Shown: positions 9,492-18,987 of the stretch, piece by piece
How positions within the stretch are numbered: the stretch's first letter is position 1
How the letters are laid out: every line of letters begins with the position of its first letter
NCBI GenBank assembly: GCA_963675745.2
Contig: CAXXWX010000003.1
Span: 210,417 to 274,416, forward strand
Direction of reading: 5' to 3'
Source of the DNA: Phycisphaerae bacterium
GTDB lineage: Bacteria; Planctomycetota; Phycisphaerae; UBA1845; Fen-1342
Length of the DNA: 64,000 bases
The notes under the pieces: model-generated
Told to the model about the DNA's origin: nothing
Database searches by the model: none
The model's input: the letters and a program-made list of their open reading frames with translations, nothing else
Made by a program: the position numbers and the translations under genes

Positions 9492-12400
9492 ATGTCTCAT
9501 ACCTTAACATCCAACTGGCGCAGCGCAGCTATTACCGCCGCACTGCTATCGCTGGCCTTCGGAGTAACCGCCGGGGCCGATTCCTTCTTCGAGAACTTTG
9601 ATGCGGCTACCGGCACGGGGGGCGGCATCTTTCTCGACGGCCGCGGCTTCAGCGCGCTGGAGGACTGGGACGACGGGCTGCTCAACGAGACGGCGTTCGG
9701 ATCGACTTCCGGGCATGCCAACGCCATTCTCTCGGCGCAGGGCGCGCCGGGCCTCGGCGTCAGCGGCGGCGCGGGACTCCTCGAGATTATCGACGTCAAT
9801 TTCAACTTCATCGATGAAGACTTCAGTTCAGTGACCGGCACTGGTGGCGGTGTGTTCCTGATCGGAGACGGAAACACCCCCGATCTCACCGGTTACACCG
9901 GAGCCTGGGATGACGGGCTCGGTGATGAGTTCGCGTTCTTCGGCACGGCCAACGGCGCGATTCTCGTCGGTGATGTGTCGGCCCAGGGCATTCCCGGTGG
10001 CGGCGCGACAGACGGCGGCGGACAGATGATCGTCAACAACGTCAATGTCACCGCCGGTGAGTGGTATGGCGGCCTGGCCTGGACGGTGCCCGGATTCCCC
10101 GCCGGTGCCGCTCCCGTGCTCGTCAACGGCGGATTCGATGTTGACGGGACCATCCCTCCGGGTGGCGACCCCACCATCACGGGCTGGACGCTGGGCGGCG
10201 ACGCGATGTGGTTCCAAGGTGGGCCGAGCTGGGAAGGCAGCGTGTACCTTGAACCCAGCCAGATGCCGCCAATCAGCCCGGCGCACGCGCTGAAGATCTG
10301 GTGCGCGTGGCAGGTTGGCTATCCAAATGAGTCGACGGTGTACCAGGACCTGGCCGCCACGGAAGGACAGACCTGGGAACTGGATTGCTTCGTGGCGAAC
10401 TACAGCGGCGACCCGTTGGCGACCAATAACACGGCCGAGATGCGGATCGAATTCTACGACCCCAATGACAACCTGCTGGGCACGCCCGCCGTGGCGACAA
10501 TCCTCACTGTCTCTGACCCGATCGACACCTGGATCGACGTGACGCCGCTGAGTGCGGTGGCTCCGGCCGGCACAGCCTACGCGCGCGCCGTGCTCGCTTA
10601 CGTCGCGCCGGTCGCACCGGCCGGCAATTGTGGTGCGGCGTTCATCGAAGATGTGACATTCGAGGTCACGGATGGGCCGCCGTCGTTCAATTTGGGTGAC
10701 TTCAGCCTGACGGCCGATGTGCGCGGCGAGGCGCTCGGCGCCGGCGAGCAGCTCGGCCACTACCAGTTGCGTCTGGAAGACTCGTCCGGTGGGCGCCTGG
10801 TCTTCACGTCCACTGCGGTCGCCGATCCGAACGCCTGGACGCCGATCGGCGGCACGCTTGATCTGGCCGATGAGCGTGATGCCAACGACGTGCCGACGCC
10901 CGGCGCGTTCGACCCGTCGTCCAGCAACTTCACGGTCGTGGTGGCGTTTGACAACAACCGCGCGACGACCTGGGGCACAGGCGGCACGCTTGAGGTCGAC
11001 AACATTCTGATGCCGAACACGGTTCAGACCGGCAGCGGCTACGTCGCAGGCCTGTACTGGGATGGCATCCCGGCCGAGGCCGAGGTCGATCCGCGCAACC
11101 TGCAGCTCACAGCCGATCTGCTCGGCGACGTCGCCGGCGGTGACTACCAGCTCCGCATGGAGGTCTTCGGCGACATCCCATACGTCAACGAGAACTTCAG
11201 CACCCTGACCGGCGAGGGTGGCGACCAGCTCAAGGCCCCGAACGACGAGAACGGCTATGTCGAGACGGGCGACTGGGATACGGGCATCGACTTCGAGTTC
11301 GGCTTTGCCGGTACGTTCGAAGGGGCCGTCGTGACGACACCCGCCGGCGGCATCTGGATTGAAGGCGACTTGGCCGAAGGGGCGGCGAAGCTCGAAGCAC
11401 ACGAGATCGCCGTCGGCGGCCTCGCGGGCTGGTATGTCGGCGCGGGGTGGCGCGATCAGGCGCTGGCCTCGACCGATCCGAATCTCGTCACGTTGACCGC
11501 CAGTATCAAGGGTGATGCCAGCGGCGCTCTGGAGTCGCTAGGCACAGTCCAGCTTCGCATCGAAGACCCCGATCTCGACTACATCGGATTTGAACAGATG
11601 GCGACAACTGGTTGGCAGCCCATCGGTGGCGCGCTCTCGACGACCAACGCTTCCGGCGCACTCGGCAGTGGCGACGGTGTGTTCGACTGGAACGCCGAAT
11701 CCTACACCGTTGCCGTCGTATTCGAGGGCACCGACTCCAACTGGAACTGGGGAGGCACGGTCTGGGTCGACAACGTGCAGATCACCGAACCCGCCAATCC
11801 GGTCCGCACGCAGCGCGGCCAGATCAGCTTCAGCGGGTCGGCCAACGGTTCTACATACGATAGCGTCGGCGGATTGCTGATCGACGGCGATTCGAGCTTC
11901 CCCCCGGTCGGCGGCGTGATCCAGGATGGCAACGCCAACTGGGAGCGCGGCATCGAGGGTGAGGCGGCGTTCTTCGGCGGCTGGCTGGCATCGATCGCTC
12001 AGGTTGAGGCACAGGGCTGCACGGATTGCGGCATGTCCGGCACTGGCGGCGCACAACTGATCGCCACCGGAATAACGCACGACGATCCGAACGGCACCTA
12101 CTGGGCCGGTCTGGCCTGGCACAACATCCCGATCGATATCAGTGACCCGAACCTGGTCCGCTTCACCGCGGATGTGAAGGGCGAGTGGGACACTTCGGGC
12201 GGCACGCTCGCCGGTTACACGGTCATCCGCCTCGAGGATGGCAACGGCGGTAACTTCGGCTTCGAGTTGCAAGCTGACGGTGCGTGGCACGCCATTGGCG
12301 GCACTATGAACACCGCCATTGACTACAACGGCTTTAACAAGGCCACCACGCAAGTCTCAGTCGTGCTGATTATCTACACGCACGATTCAGACGAGGGGCC

Positions 12401-12833
12401 GAACGCCACTATCTCGCTCGACAACCTGCGCCTTGAATACAACGACCCGGTCAACGGTTGGACCGATGTGCTCTACGAGAACTTCGATACAGCCGTCGGC
12501 CCGACGCCGGGCTATCTCGACGACGCGGGATCGTTCGACACGTACACGCTGGTGGCCACCATGGAGAATGGCCTGACGACGTGGCCGGCTGGTGGTTCGC
12601 TGCTGATCGACAATCTGTCGCTCGGTGGCCTGCCTCAGTACGAGTTGGGTGATCTGAACTGCGACGGTTTCGTCAACAACGGCGATATTGACGCGTTCGT
12701 TTTGGCGCTCAACGACCCCGGTGTGTATGCCAGCGCATATCCGGATTGCGATATCAATCTGGCGGACATCAACGACGACGGGTTCGTCAACAACGGTGAC
12801 ATCGACCCGTTTGTCGCATTGCTCAGTGGTTGA
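9492..12833 (+). CDS. Large secreted acidic protein: four homologous beta-sandwich-like domains (apparently nested), a CBM4/9-like insert and a C-terminal dockerin-like domain
   Basis: Signal peptide. Repeated motifs ENF..xTG.GG, WDxG, AGLxW, LTADxxG, LRxED, IGG and DNxxL. Tail GDLNCDGFVNNGDIDAFV...DINDDGFVNNGDIDPFVALL. No recognisable GH catalytic motif. Confidence 0.75.
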   Translation: MSHTLTSNWRSAAITAALLSLAFGVTAGADSFFENFDAATGTGGGIFLDGRGFSALEDWDDGLLNETAFGSTSGHANAILSAQGAPGLGVSGGAGLLEIIDVNFNFIDEDFSSVTGTGGGVFLIGDGNTPDLTGYTGAWDDGLGDEFAFFGTANGAILVGDVSAQGIPGGGATDGGGQMIVNNVNVTAGEWYGGLAWTVPGFPAGAAPVLVNGGFDVDGTIPPGGDPTITGWTLGGDAMWFQGGPSWEGSVYLEPSQMPPISPAHALKIWCAWQVGYPNESTVYQDLAATEGQTWELDCFVANYSGDPLATNNTAEMRIEFYDPNDNLLGTPAVATILTVSDPIDTWIDVTPLSAVAPAGTAYARAVLAYVAPVAPAGNCGAAFIEDVTFEVTDGPPSFNLGDFSLTADVRGEALGAGEQLGHYQLRLEDSSGGRLVFTSTAVADPNAWTPIGGTLDLADERDANDVPTPGAFDPSSSNFTVVVAFDNNRATTWGTGGTLEVDNILMPNTVQTGSGYVAGLYWDGIPAEAEVDPRNLQLTADLLGDVAGGDYQLRMEVFGDIPYVNENFSTLTGEGGDQLKAPNDENGYVETGDWDTGIDFEFGFAGTFEGAVVTTPAGGIWIEGDLAEGAAKLEAHEIAVGGLAGWYVGAGWRDQALASTDPNLVTLTASIKGDASGALESLGTVQLRIEDPDLDYIGFEQMATTGWQPIGGALSTTNASGALGSGDGVFDWNAESYTVAVVFEGTDSNWNWGGTVWVDNVQITEPANPVRTQRGQISFSGSANGSTYDSVGGLLIDGDSSFPPVGGVIQDGNANWERGIEGEAAFFGGWLASIAQVEAQGCTDCGMSGTGGAQLIATGITHDDPNGTYWAGLAWHNIPIDISDPNLVRFTADVKGEWDTSGGTLAGYTVIRLEDGNGGNFGFELQADGAWHAIGGTMNTAIDYNGFNKATTQVSVVLIIYTHDSDEGPNATISLDNLRLEYNDPVNGWTDVLYENFDTAVGPTPGYLDDAGSFDTYTLVATMENGLTTWPAGGSLLIDNLSLGGLPQYELGDLNCDGFVNNGDIDAFVLALNDPGVYASAYPDCDINLADINDDGFVNNGDIDPFVALLSG

Positions 12834-12861
12834 ACACGCTCAGCCTGAATGAGCGGATTCT

Positions 12862-12898
12862 GACGACCGCGCCCGGGGCAGCGCCCGGCGCGGTCGTC
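12862..12898 (+). terminator. Stem-loop after the large secreted protein gene
   Basis: GACGACCGCGCC (12862-12873) pairs with GGCGCGGTCGTC (12887-12898); weak U-tract. Confidence 0.45.
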
Positions 12899-13090
12899 TG
12901 TGTCTCCGATGCACGGAACCGCTGAACTGTTTTGAAGGGCCGCCGCCGGGTGTTAAACTGGAGGTAATCTCTTGTGGCGGTGGCAACGGGCAGTCAGAAG
13001 TCGTCGCCGGCGGGAAGACGCAGCACCGCCATAACGTGCTGGTGAACACACTCGCATTGCCGCGCCGTGCGGCGGGCCACGCGACACTCG

Positions 13091-14593
13091 ATGGAGTCCG
13101 ACGTGCATATCACTCGAATAACCGCGTTCATCCTGCTAACCGCGGCGCTATTACCGATCGCGACATCTCTGGCGGAGTACACGCTCGTCTGGTCGGACGA
13201 GTTCGACGGCCCGGACATCGATCCGGCCAACTGGGAGTTCATGTACGGCGACGGGAGCGACTACGGCAATCCGGGGTGGGGCAACAATGAGTGGCAGTGG
13301 TACACGGACCGTTCGGAAAACTGCTATATCTCCGGTGGGCAGATGCACATCGCCGCCCGGCGTGACTACTGGCAGGGGCATGAGTACACCTCCGCCCGGC
13401 TGCGCACGCTATATCGCGCCGACTTCCTCTACGGTCGTATCGAAGCGAGTATCAAGCTGCCATCGACGCAGGGCATCTGGCCGGCCTTCTGGATGCTGCC
13501 GACCGACTCGCCCTACGGCGGCTGGGCCGCCAGCGGTGAAATCGACATCATGGAGTCGATCAATACCGCGGACCGTGTTTACGGAACGATCCACTACGGC
13601 GGAACCTGGCCGGAAAATGTGCACTCCGGCGGCGACTACGCCGACGGTACGGACTACTCCGCGGACTTCCACACATACACGCTCCAATGGGAGCCCGACG
13701 CAATGCTCTGGTACGTTGACGGGCAGCTTTACTACGCCGTCACCAGCAGCGGCTGGTACAGCGACGCCGACCCGGGCAACACGCGGGCGCCGTTCGACAA
13801 TGCGTTCCACATGCTGCTGAATGTCGCGGTCGGCGGCAACTGGCCGGGCTATCCCGACGGGTCGAGCGTGTTCCCGCAGGAACTGGTCATCGACTGGGTG
13901 CGTATCTATCAGGACGAGGCCCCACCGCCCGAGCAGCAGCCATATCACGGCACACCGCTCGCCATTCCCGGCCGGATCGAACTTGAAGACTTCGACATCG
14001 GGGCGGACGGCGTCGCGTATCATGATTGCGACGCCGCCAACAACGGTGGCCAGTACCGGCCATCGAGCGGCGTTGATATCGAGGAGTGCGGCGAAGGCGG
14101 CTACAACGTGGGCTGGCTCTGCGAGACCGAGTGGCTCGAGTACACGGTCGATATCGCAATCCCCGGACCCTACATCGCCGAAGCGCGTGTCGCCTCGCAA
14201 TCCACCGGCGGGCCCTTCTCGCTGGAACTTGACGAAACGCCGATCAGTTCACCCTTTAACGTGCCCGTGACCGGTGGTTGGCAAACCTGGACGACGATCT
14301 CGCGCGAAGTAATCCTCAGCGCCGGTGAGCACGTGCTGAGGTTTGCAAACGGGGGGACATCCGAAGAGTACAACATCAACTGGCTGGCCTTTTACGCGTT
14401 TGCCGACATCAATCGCGATTTCGCCGTGGACGTGCTCGACCTGGGTCTGTCCACAGCCAGCCTCAGTGGACCGGATGACACGACTCCACCGGCCGGTGTG
14501 ACGCCCACGGAGTTTGCCAACAGCGACTTCGATGGCGATGGCGACGTGGATGTGCTCGATGCCGCCGAGTTCCAGTATCTACTGGGAAGTTGA
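13091..14593 (+). CDS. Secreted GH16 laminarinase with CBM6 and C-terminal EF-hand/dockerin-like pair
   Basis: LVWSDEF, GWGNNEWQWY, WPAFWM and catalytic GEIDIMES. CBM6 signature IPGRIELEDFD...GEGGYNVGW...TGGWQTW. Tail DINRDFAVDVLD...DFDGDGDVDVLDAAEFQ. Confidence 0.9.
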   Translation: MESDVHITRITAFILLTAALLPIATSLAEYTLVWSDEFDGPDIDPANWEFMYGDGSDYGNPGWGNNEWQWYTDRSENCYISGGQMHIAARRDYWQGHEYTSARLRTLYRADFLYGRIEASIKLPSTQGIWPAFWMLPTDSPYGGWAASGEIDIMESINTADRVYGTIHYGGTWPENVHSGGDYADGTDYSADFHTYTLQWEPDAMLWYVDGQLYYAVTSSGWYSDADPGNTRAPFDNAFHMLLNVAVGGNWPGYPDGSSVFPQELVIDWVRIYQDEAPPPEQQPYHGTPLAIPGRIELEDFDIGADGVAYHDCDAANNGGQYRPSSGVDIEECGEGGYNVGWLCETEWLEYTVDIAIPGPYIAEARVASQSTGGPFSLELDETPISSPFNVPVTGGWQTWTTISREVILSAGEHVLRFANGGTSEEYNINWLAFYAFADINRDFAVDVLDLGLSTASLSGPDDTTPPAGVTPTEFANSDFDGDGDVDVLDAAEFQYLLGS

Positions 14594-14692
14594 CAGCCCG
14601 TCCCGACGAAATTGTCGTGTGCCACGGCTCTGTGAGCCGTGTTGTGCCGGGGCCCGCGACAATCCCGACGCTACCGGCGCCGCGAGCCCGCT

Positions 14693-16597
14693 CTATTCGA
14701 GGCAGCCGGGGGCGTTGTCCGGTCCACGCAGGCAATCGAGGACGCCACTCAGATCGGCGCCATTGAGCGTGTCGTCCACAACGAACTCAAACACACTTCC
14801 ACAGACGCCGGCGGCGTCCGCGCCTAGGCAGACCTGGAATTCGGCGACATCGAGCACATCCACGTCGCCGTCACCGTCGAAATCAGCGGCGTCGTAGGCC
14901 AGCTCCTGTGCCAACACACTGACGGCCAGCCGCGGGTGCAGGATGTCGGGGGCGGCACCGTTGTCTTCCACGGCGAAGAGCCCCCACCACTCTTCGTTGG
15001 AGTAGCCGTCCGGGTGAAACCGCGTGCCATATCCGCCGGCATCGTGCGTGGTGGGCGAGTCGGCTTTCCACCATTCATCACTGTAGGCCATCAGTGAGCC
15101 GCCGGCGCAGTTGGCCTTGATTTGCCGCCATTGGCGGCGGATGTATTCGGCGTGTACGTCCTGATACTCGGTTTGTGTGCGGTTATCGAGGGCGTCAATT
15201 CCATACTCGGTGAAGATCAGCGGTTTGTCGGTCAGACGCTCGTAGTAGTCGAAGTAGCAGTGGGCGTCAGCGCCGAAGTAGGTGTTGTGCCCCCACATAT
15301 CGACGTAGTCGAGCGACACGTCATCCGAACCGAGAGCCGTGTCGCCGACATCCCACAGGCCCGCGTTCGTCACGATCGTCGGATGGTATAACGCCCCTTC
15401 CTCCTCCCAGGCAATCTCAGCCAGGCGGTTGGCCAGCGCAAACCAATGCGGCAGCATCTCGGTCGAGACATTGAAATTGACTTCGTTGCCGATCCCCCAG
15501 CCCAGCACAGCCGGATGATCCTTGAATTGCCGGACAAACGCGCGGAAGTGGCTCTCATAATACGCGATCGTGCCTGGATCGCTGTAGTCATCAAGTCCGT
15601 TCTGTGGAATCCAGAAGCCGATGATGGCGTAGATCGGCTCGGCGGCGTCATAGTACAGGGCGTCGAGCAGGGTTGTGTCCGGCGGGGGCGACCACGTGCG
15701 GATCGTATTCAGGTTCAGAGTCTCAAAACAGGCCAGATCGCGCGCGATGATCGCCGGGTCTGTAAATACGGAGTATTCGCTTGGCCAGTACCCGATCGGT
15801 GTCGGAGCATAGCCGACGCTCTTGACGGTGAACGGCGCGCCGTTGACAAAAAGGCGGCGTCCCACGACTTGCACCGGCCCCGTGCTCGGCGGCTTCGCGC
15901 TGGGGGCTTTTTGAAACCGCTCCGCCGACCAGACATACTCGGCGTACGCTTCGGAGTCAGAGAACTGCCAATCGAAGAACCGCAGTTCGTCGACCACACC
16001 CTCGCCATATCCGTGATAGCCCGTGTAACCGACTTGCAGTAAGCCGGCGACCGGCGTGCGCGTGCCGTCCAATGAGGCCCACTGCGCGATGCGGCCGTTC
16101 ACGAAAATCCAGAGCACGCAACGGCCGGGCGTACACTCCCAAGCGGCGGCCACATGAGTCCACTCGCTCTCGGACAGCAGGTCCGGCACGGCCGCTTGCA
16201 GTAGATTGCCGTCGTCGTCGCGCATCTCGAATACGAGATAGTCGTCGGCGACGTAAAACAGCCCGAGGCTACGCGGCTGACCGATCGTGCCGAGCTGCAC
16301 AATACCGCCGTCCGTGTCGGCGGAGTTCTTGCGAAACCAGAAGGTCAGCGTGCCGGCCTCGGCCACAAAGGCGCTGTCAGCGTAGATGATGTACTGACTG
16401 CCGGAGAACGAGGCGCCGTTCCCATTAACGGCGGGCGTGAACTGCAACGTCCCGCTGATGAAACCACCATTGGCCTCAACGCCGGCGCTGGTCTCCAGTC
16501 CGTCGTAGCGCACGGCGCAGTCGGCCGCGGCAAGCGGCGTGAAGAGCCCGCTCAACGCCAGGGCCACAAGCATGACAACGCGCGGGTAACCCATCAT
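14693..16597 (-). CDS. Secreted LamG/ConA-like domain + clan GH-A TIM-barrel glycosidase (GH2/GH158-like) + EF-hand/dockerin-like tail
   Basis: LamG motifs WTHVAAAW, IFVNG, GVVDELRFFD. NTIRTW; acid/base WGIGNEVN; nucleophile KPLIFTEYGIDA; YSDEWWK. Tail DFDGDGDVDVLDVAEFQ. Exact family not resolved. Confidence 0.75.
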   Translation of the reverse strand: MMGYPRVVMLVALALSGLFTPLAAADCAVRYDGLETSAGVEANGGFISGTLQFTPAVNGNGASFSGSQYIIYADSAFVAEAGTLTFWFRKNSADTDGGIVQLGTIGQPRSLGLFYVADDYLVFEMRDDDGNLLQAAVPDLLSESEWTHVAAAWECTPGRCVLWIFVNGRIAQWASLDGTRTPVAGLLQVGYTGYHGYGEGVVDELRFFDWQFSDSEAYAEYVWSAERFQKAPSAKPPSTGPVQVVGRRLFVNGAPFTVKSVGYAPTPIGYWPSEYSVFTDPAIIARDLACFETLNLNTIRTWSPPPDTTLLDALYYDAAEPIYAIIGFWIPQNGLDDYSDPGTIAYYESHFRAFVRQFKDHPAVLGWGIGNEVNFNVSTEMLPHWFALANRLAEIAWEEEGALYHPTIVTNAGLWDVGDTALGSDDVSLDYVDMWGHNTYFGADAHCYFDYYERLTDKPLIFTEYGIDALDNRTQTEYQDVHAEYIRRQWRQIKANCAGGSLMAYSDEWWKADSPTTHDAGGYGTRFHPDGYSNEEWWGLFAVEDNGAAPDILHPRLAVSVLAQELAYDAADFDGDGDVDVLDVAEFQVCLGADAAGVCGSVFEFVVDDTLNGADLSGVLDCLRGPDNAPGCLE

Positions 16598-16669
16598 CCA
16601 CCGCCGCTTCCGTTTACGGCGTGTCAGTGTGCATGTGCGGACACGCTACCATTGAGGCTGACCTGCCGC

Positions 16670-16705
16670 AAAACGGGGCGAGGCACACCTGACGGTGTGC
16701 CTCGC
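16670..16705 (-). terminator. Intrinsic terminator downstream of the PEP-CTERM gene
   Basis: Perfect 12-bp stem GCGAGGCACACC/GGTGTGCCTCGC with 4-nt loop, followed on the minus strand by a short T run. Confidence 0.65.
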
Positions 16706-16730
16706 GCCGATGCACTGTACTCGTTCAGCC

Positions 16731-17450
16731 TTAGCGACGGCGCAACAGCAACAGCCCGATGCCGAACAGAGCAATGCTCGCCGGCTCCGGCACGAAGTTG
16801 ATGTTGTCGTAGATCATGCCGCTCTGATCGTAGTTGGTTGCTACGCTCGAGAAGCCGATTTGCAGAATCTGGCCATCCAGCGCGGCGTCGATCGGGATCG
16901 AGATTGAGTCCGAGCCCCAGGTGGTTGGCAGCTCGTGCGTATCGACAGTCAGGAAGTTCGTCATCGCCCAACCGTTGGCTGGATCCAGCGTCTTAATGAA
17001 CGCCAGCGCGGTCGTGGGGGGCACCAGATCGCCGTGCTTGACATCGAAGCTGAACGTCCAAATCGAGCCCACGTCAGCCGTACCAACGGTGAACTCCTGG
17101 TACACGTTGGCTTCGATCAGATTGCCGTTGGCATGGTCGCCGTTGTTGTAGTCACTGTAGACCACCAACTGCTGGGCGCCCTGGTCCAGACCACCCTCGC
17201 CGGCGGCGATGGAACAAAAAGCTGCGCCGCCGTTGGGAGCCGGGAAGGAACCATAACCGTACAGGTAGTTCCACGCCGGGTCGAAGACGTTACCGTATAC
17301 CAGCCAGCCGTCGTTTGCCAGCGCGTCCGGGTCCGCCTGGACCAGACCCTCGAAATCCTGCGAGTATGCCGGCAGGTCCGCCAGGGCAACGCCGCTTGTG
17401 CACAGCAGAAGCGTCGTGGCTATCCCGCCAATCAGAATACGTTGCAACAT
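16731..17450 (-). CDS. PEP-CTERM surface protein with a single CBM-like beta-sandwich domain
   Basis: Signal peptide; C-terminal VPEPASIALFGIGLLLLRRR; strong SD AGGAGG. Confidence 0.88.
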   Translation of the reverse strand: MLQRILIGGIATTLLLCTSGVALADLPAYSQDFEGLVQADPDALANDGWLVYGNVFDPAWNYLYGYGSFPAPNGGAAFCSIAAGEGGLDQGAQQLVVYSDYNNGDHANGNLIEANVYQEFTVGTADVGSIWTFSFDVKHGDLVPPTTALAFIKTLDPANGWAMTNFLTVDTHELPTTWGSDSISIPIDAALDGQILQIGFSSVATNYDQSGMIYDNINFVPEPASIALFGIGLLLLRRR

Positions 17451-17875
17451 TGAGCAATCCTCCTCCTACTTTGCCAGTCAGGTTAGATGTGGAACCGCGA
17501 TCAAGAGGTCAGGCACACCGGCCGGCCGTATTCGACCTTACACAAACCGCAAGATAGCGCTCCACCTTCGTCGTCCACAAAACGTCTGATTCTCGCCTCT
17601 CGTGCGTCGGGTGCTCCTCTCAAGACATCCGGAGCCCCAAAATCACACGGAAGACACGCACAAATCGTGATGTCGCAAACACTCCATCTGGGAAGTTCAG
17701 GTCCCTATGCCATCCACTTCTCCTTTCCTGAGAGACGGGCCGGGATATATCGCTGGCGGAATTGCCGGACGTCCCGACTCTCCTCACACGGAACCCTAAA
17801 CAATCGCACAGTGCTACGACGCAAGTGACACGTGCGAACTCGCTCGCCACCCCAGTGGTGGCGCCTCCTGGTCTC

Positions 17876-18940
17876 CTAACTGTCCAGCGCCGCCGCCGTC
17901 GGCGCATCAGCATCGACCGGCGAAGACGCCGCAACCCGGCGCGACCCCGCCGGCGGGGCCGTGGACTGGTTGATCTCGAGGAACGTGCGCGTCGTCTTCT
18001 GAAGACCGCCCGTGTCCTGTCCTTTGACGGTCCGAGACAGCCAGCGTCCCGCTTCGTAGCCGAGCGCACCCGCATCCTGACAGACGGCGGTCAGCGTCGG
18101 GTAAACGCTGTGGCGCATGTTGCTGTCGTCGAACCCGATGATCGACATGTCGTCCGGCACACGAACGCCGAGTTGCTGCGCCTTGTTCACGGCCCCGACC
18201 GCCAGCAGCGGGTCAGCGAAGTAGATCGCCGTGGGCGGGTCGATCATGCTCTGCGCCAGCTTCATAACCGTCGCCCCGCCCGCCAGCGAGATTTTCTGCC
18301 GGAAGACAAGACGCTCGTCGAACGGCAGATTGTGGTTATCCAACGCTGACTTGTATCCGGCCATGCGGTCAATGTGGTCACGGTCGGTGACGGTGTGCGT
18401 GGCGAACGCGATGCGCTGGTGGCCGAGCGCGATCAGATACTCGATGGCGCGGGTACTGTCGGCCATGGAGTCGTAGTCGATGTAGTTCGTGTCGGGCGAG
18501 TCAAAGCGCTCGCTGATCACGACGTGCGGGAATCCCTCGCGCGCAATCGCGCCGCACACATCGCGCGTCTTCGCCGTCGTGCGCAGGACAACACCGCGCA
18601 CCCCCTTGCGCATGAAGAACTGCGTGTAGGTCTCGTCCTGCTCTTTGTCACGCTGAAGATTGAGGATTACCACGTCAAAGCGGCACTCGTCGAGGCCGCG
18701 CACGACGCCGTGCAGAACCGCCGCATCGAACGCATCGGCGAGGGTGGATTCGGCGGTATAGGCGAAGGCGATGTTGGTGGTGACGCGCCGGCCGATGGTC
18801 GGGACATAGCCGAAGCGGTTGGCGATTGCCAGGACCCGCGCGCGCGTATCCGGATTGACCGCGGAGTCATTGTTCAGCGCCCTGGATACGGTGCTGATGG
18901 AGACACCGGCTTCTTCGGCGATTTTCCGAACGGATGCCAC
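17876..18940 (-). CDS. LacI-family transcriptional regulator (paralog of 6947-8062)
   Basis: GTG start at 18940 gives (M)ASVRKIAEEAGVSISTVSRALNND, matching the paralog's start. Shares FMRxGVRGV, ERFxSPD, PTAIYFAD and GFDD. Confidence 0.93.
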   Translation of the reverse strand: MASVRKIAEEAGVSISTVSRALNNDSAVNPDTRARVLAIANRFGYVPTIGRRVTTNIAFAYTAESTLADAFDAAVLHGVVRGLDECRFDVVILNLQRDKEQDETYTQFFMRKGVRGVVLRTTAKTRDVCGAIAREGFPHVVISERFDSPDTNYIDYDSMADSTRAIEYLIALGHQRIAFATHTVTDRDHIDRMAGYKSALDNHNLPFDERLVFRQKISLAGGATVMKLAQSMIDPPTAIYFADPLLAVGAVNKAQQLGVRVPDDMSIIGFDDSNMRHSVYPTLTAVCQDAGALGYEAGRWLSRTVKGQDTGGLQKTTRTFLEINQSTAPPAGSRRVAASSPVDADAPTAAALDS

Positions 18941-18987
18941 GGCACGCTCGCCACTGTTGGTTCGACAACGTTCTTGGAAACAGTTCT

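Noticed and set aside
9828..11402. Long antisense/overlapping ORFs (e.g. 9828-11402, 21560-22966, 52699-53961, 61022-62107)
   Set aside because: Shadows of real genes in high-GC DNA, with no motifs of their own.
9492..12833. Cellulosome-type scaffoldin with cohesin repeats
   Set aside because: I could not recognise cohesin motifs. The repeats are Trp-rich and nested rather than serial with linkers. Not fully excluded without an HMM search.
14525..14884. Transposon terminal inverted repeats
   Set aside because: Both arms are in-frame coding sequence for the same EF-hand motif, with mostly third-position differences. No transposase is present.
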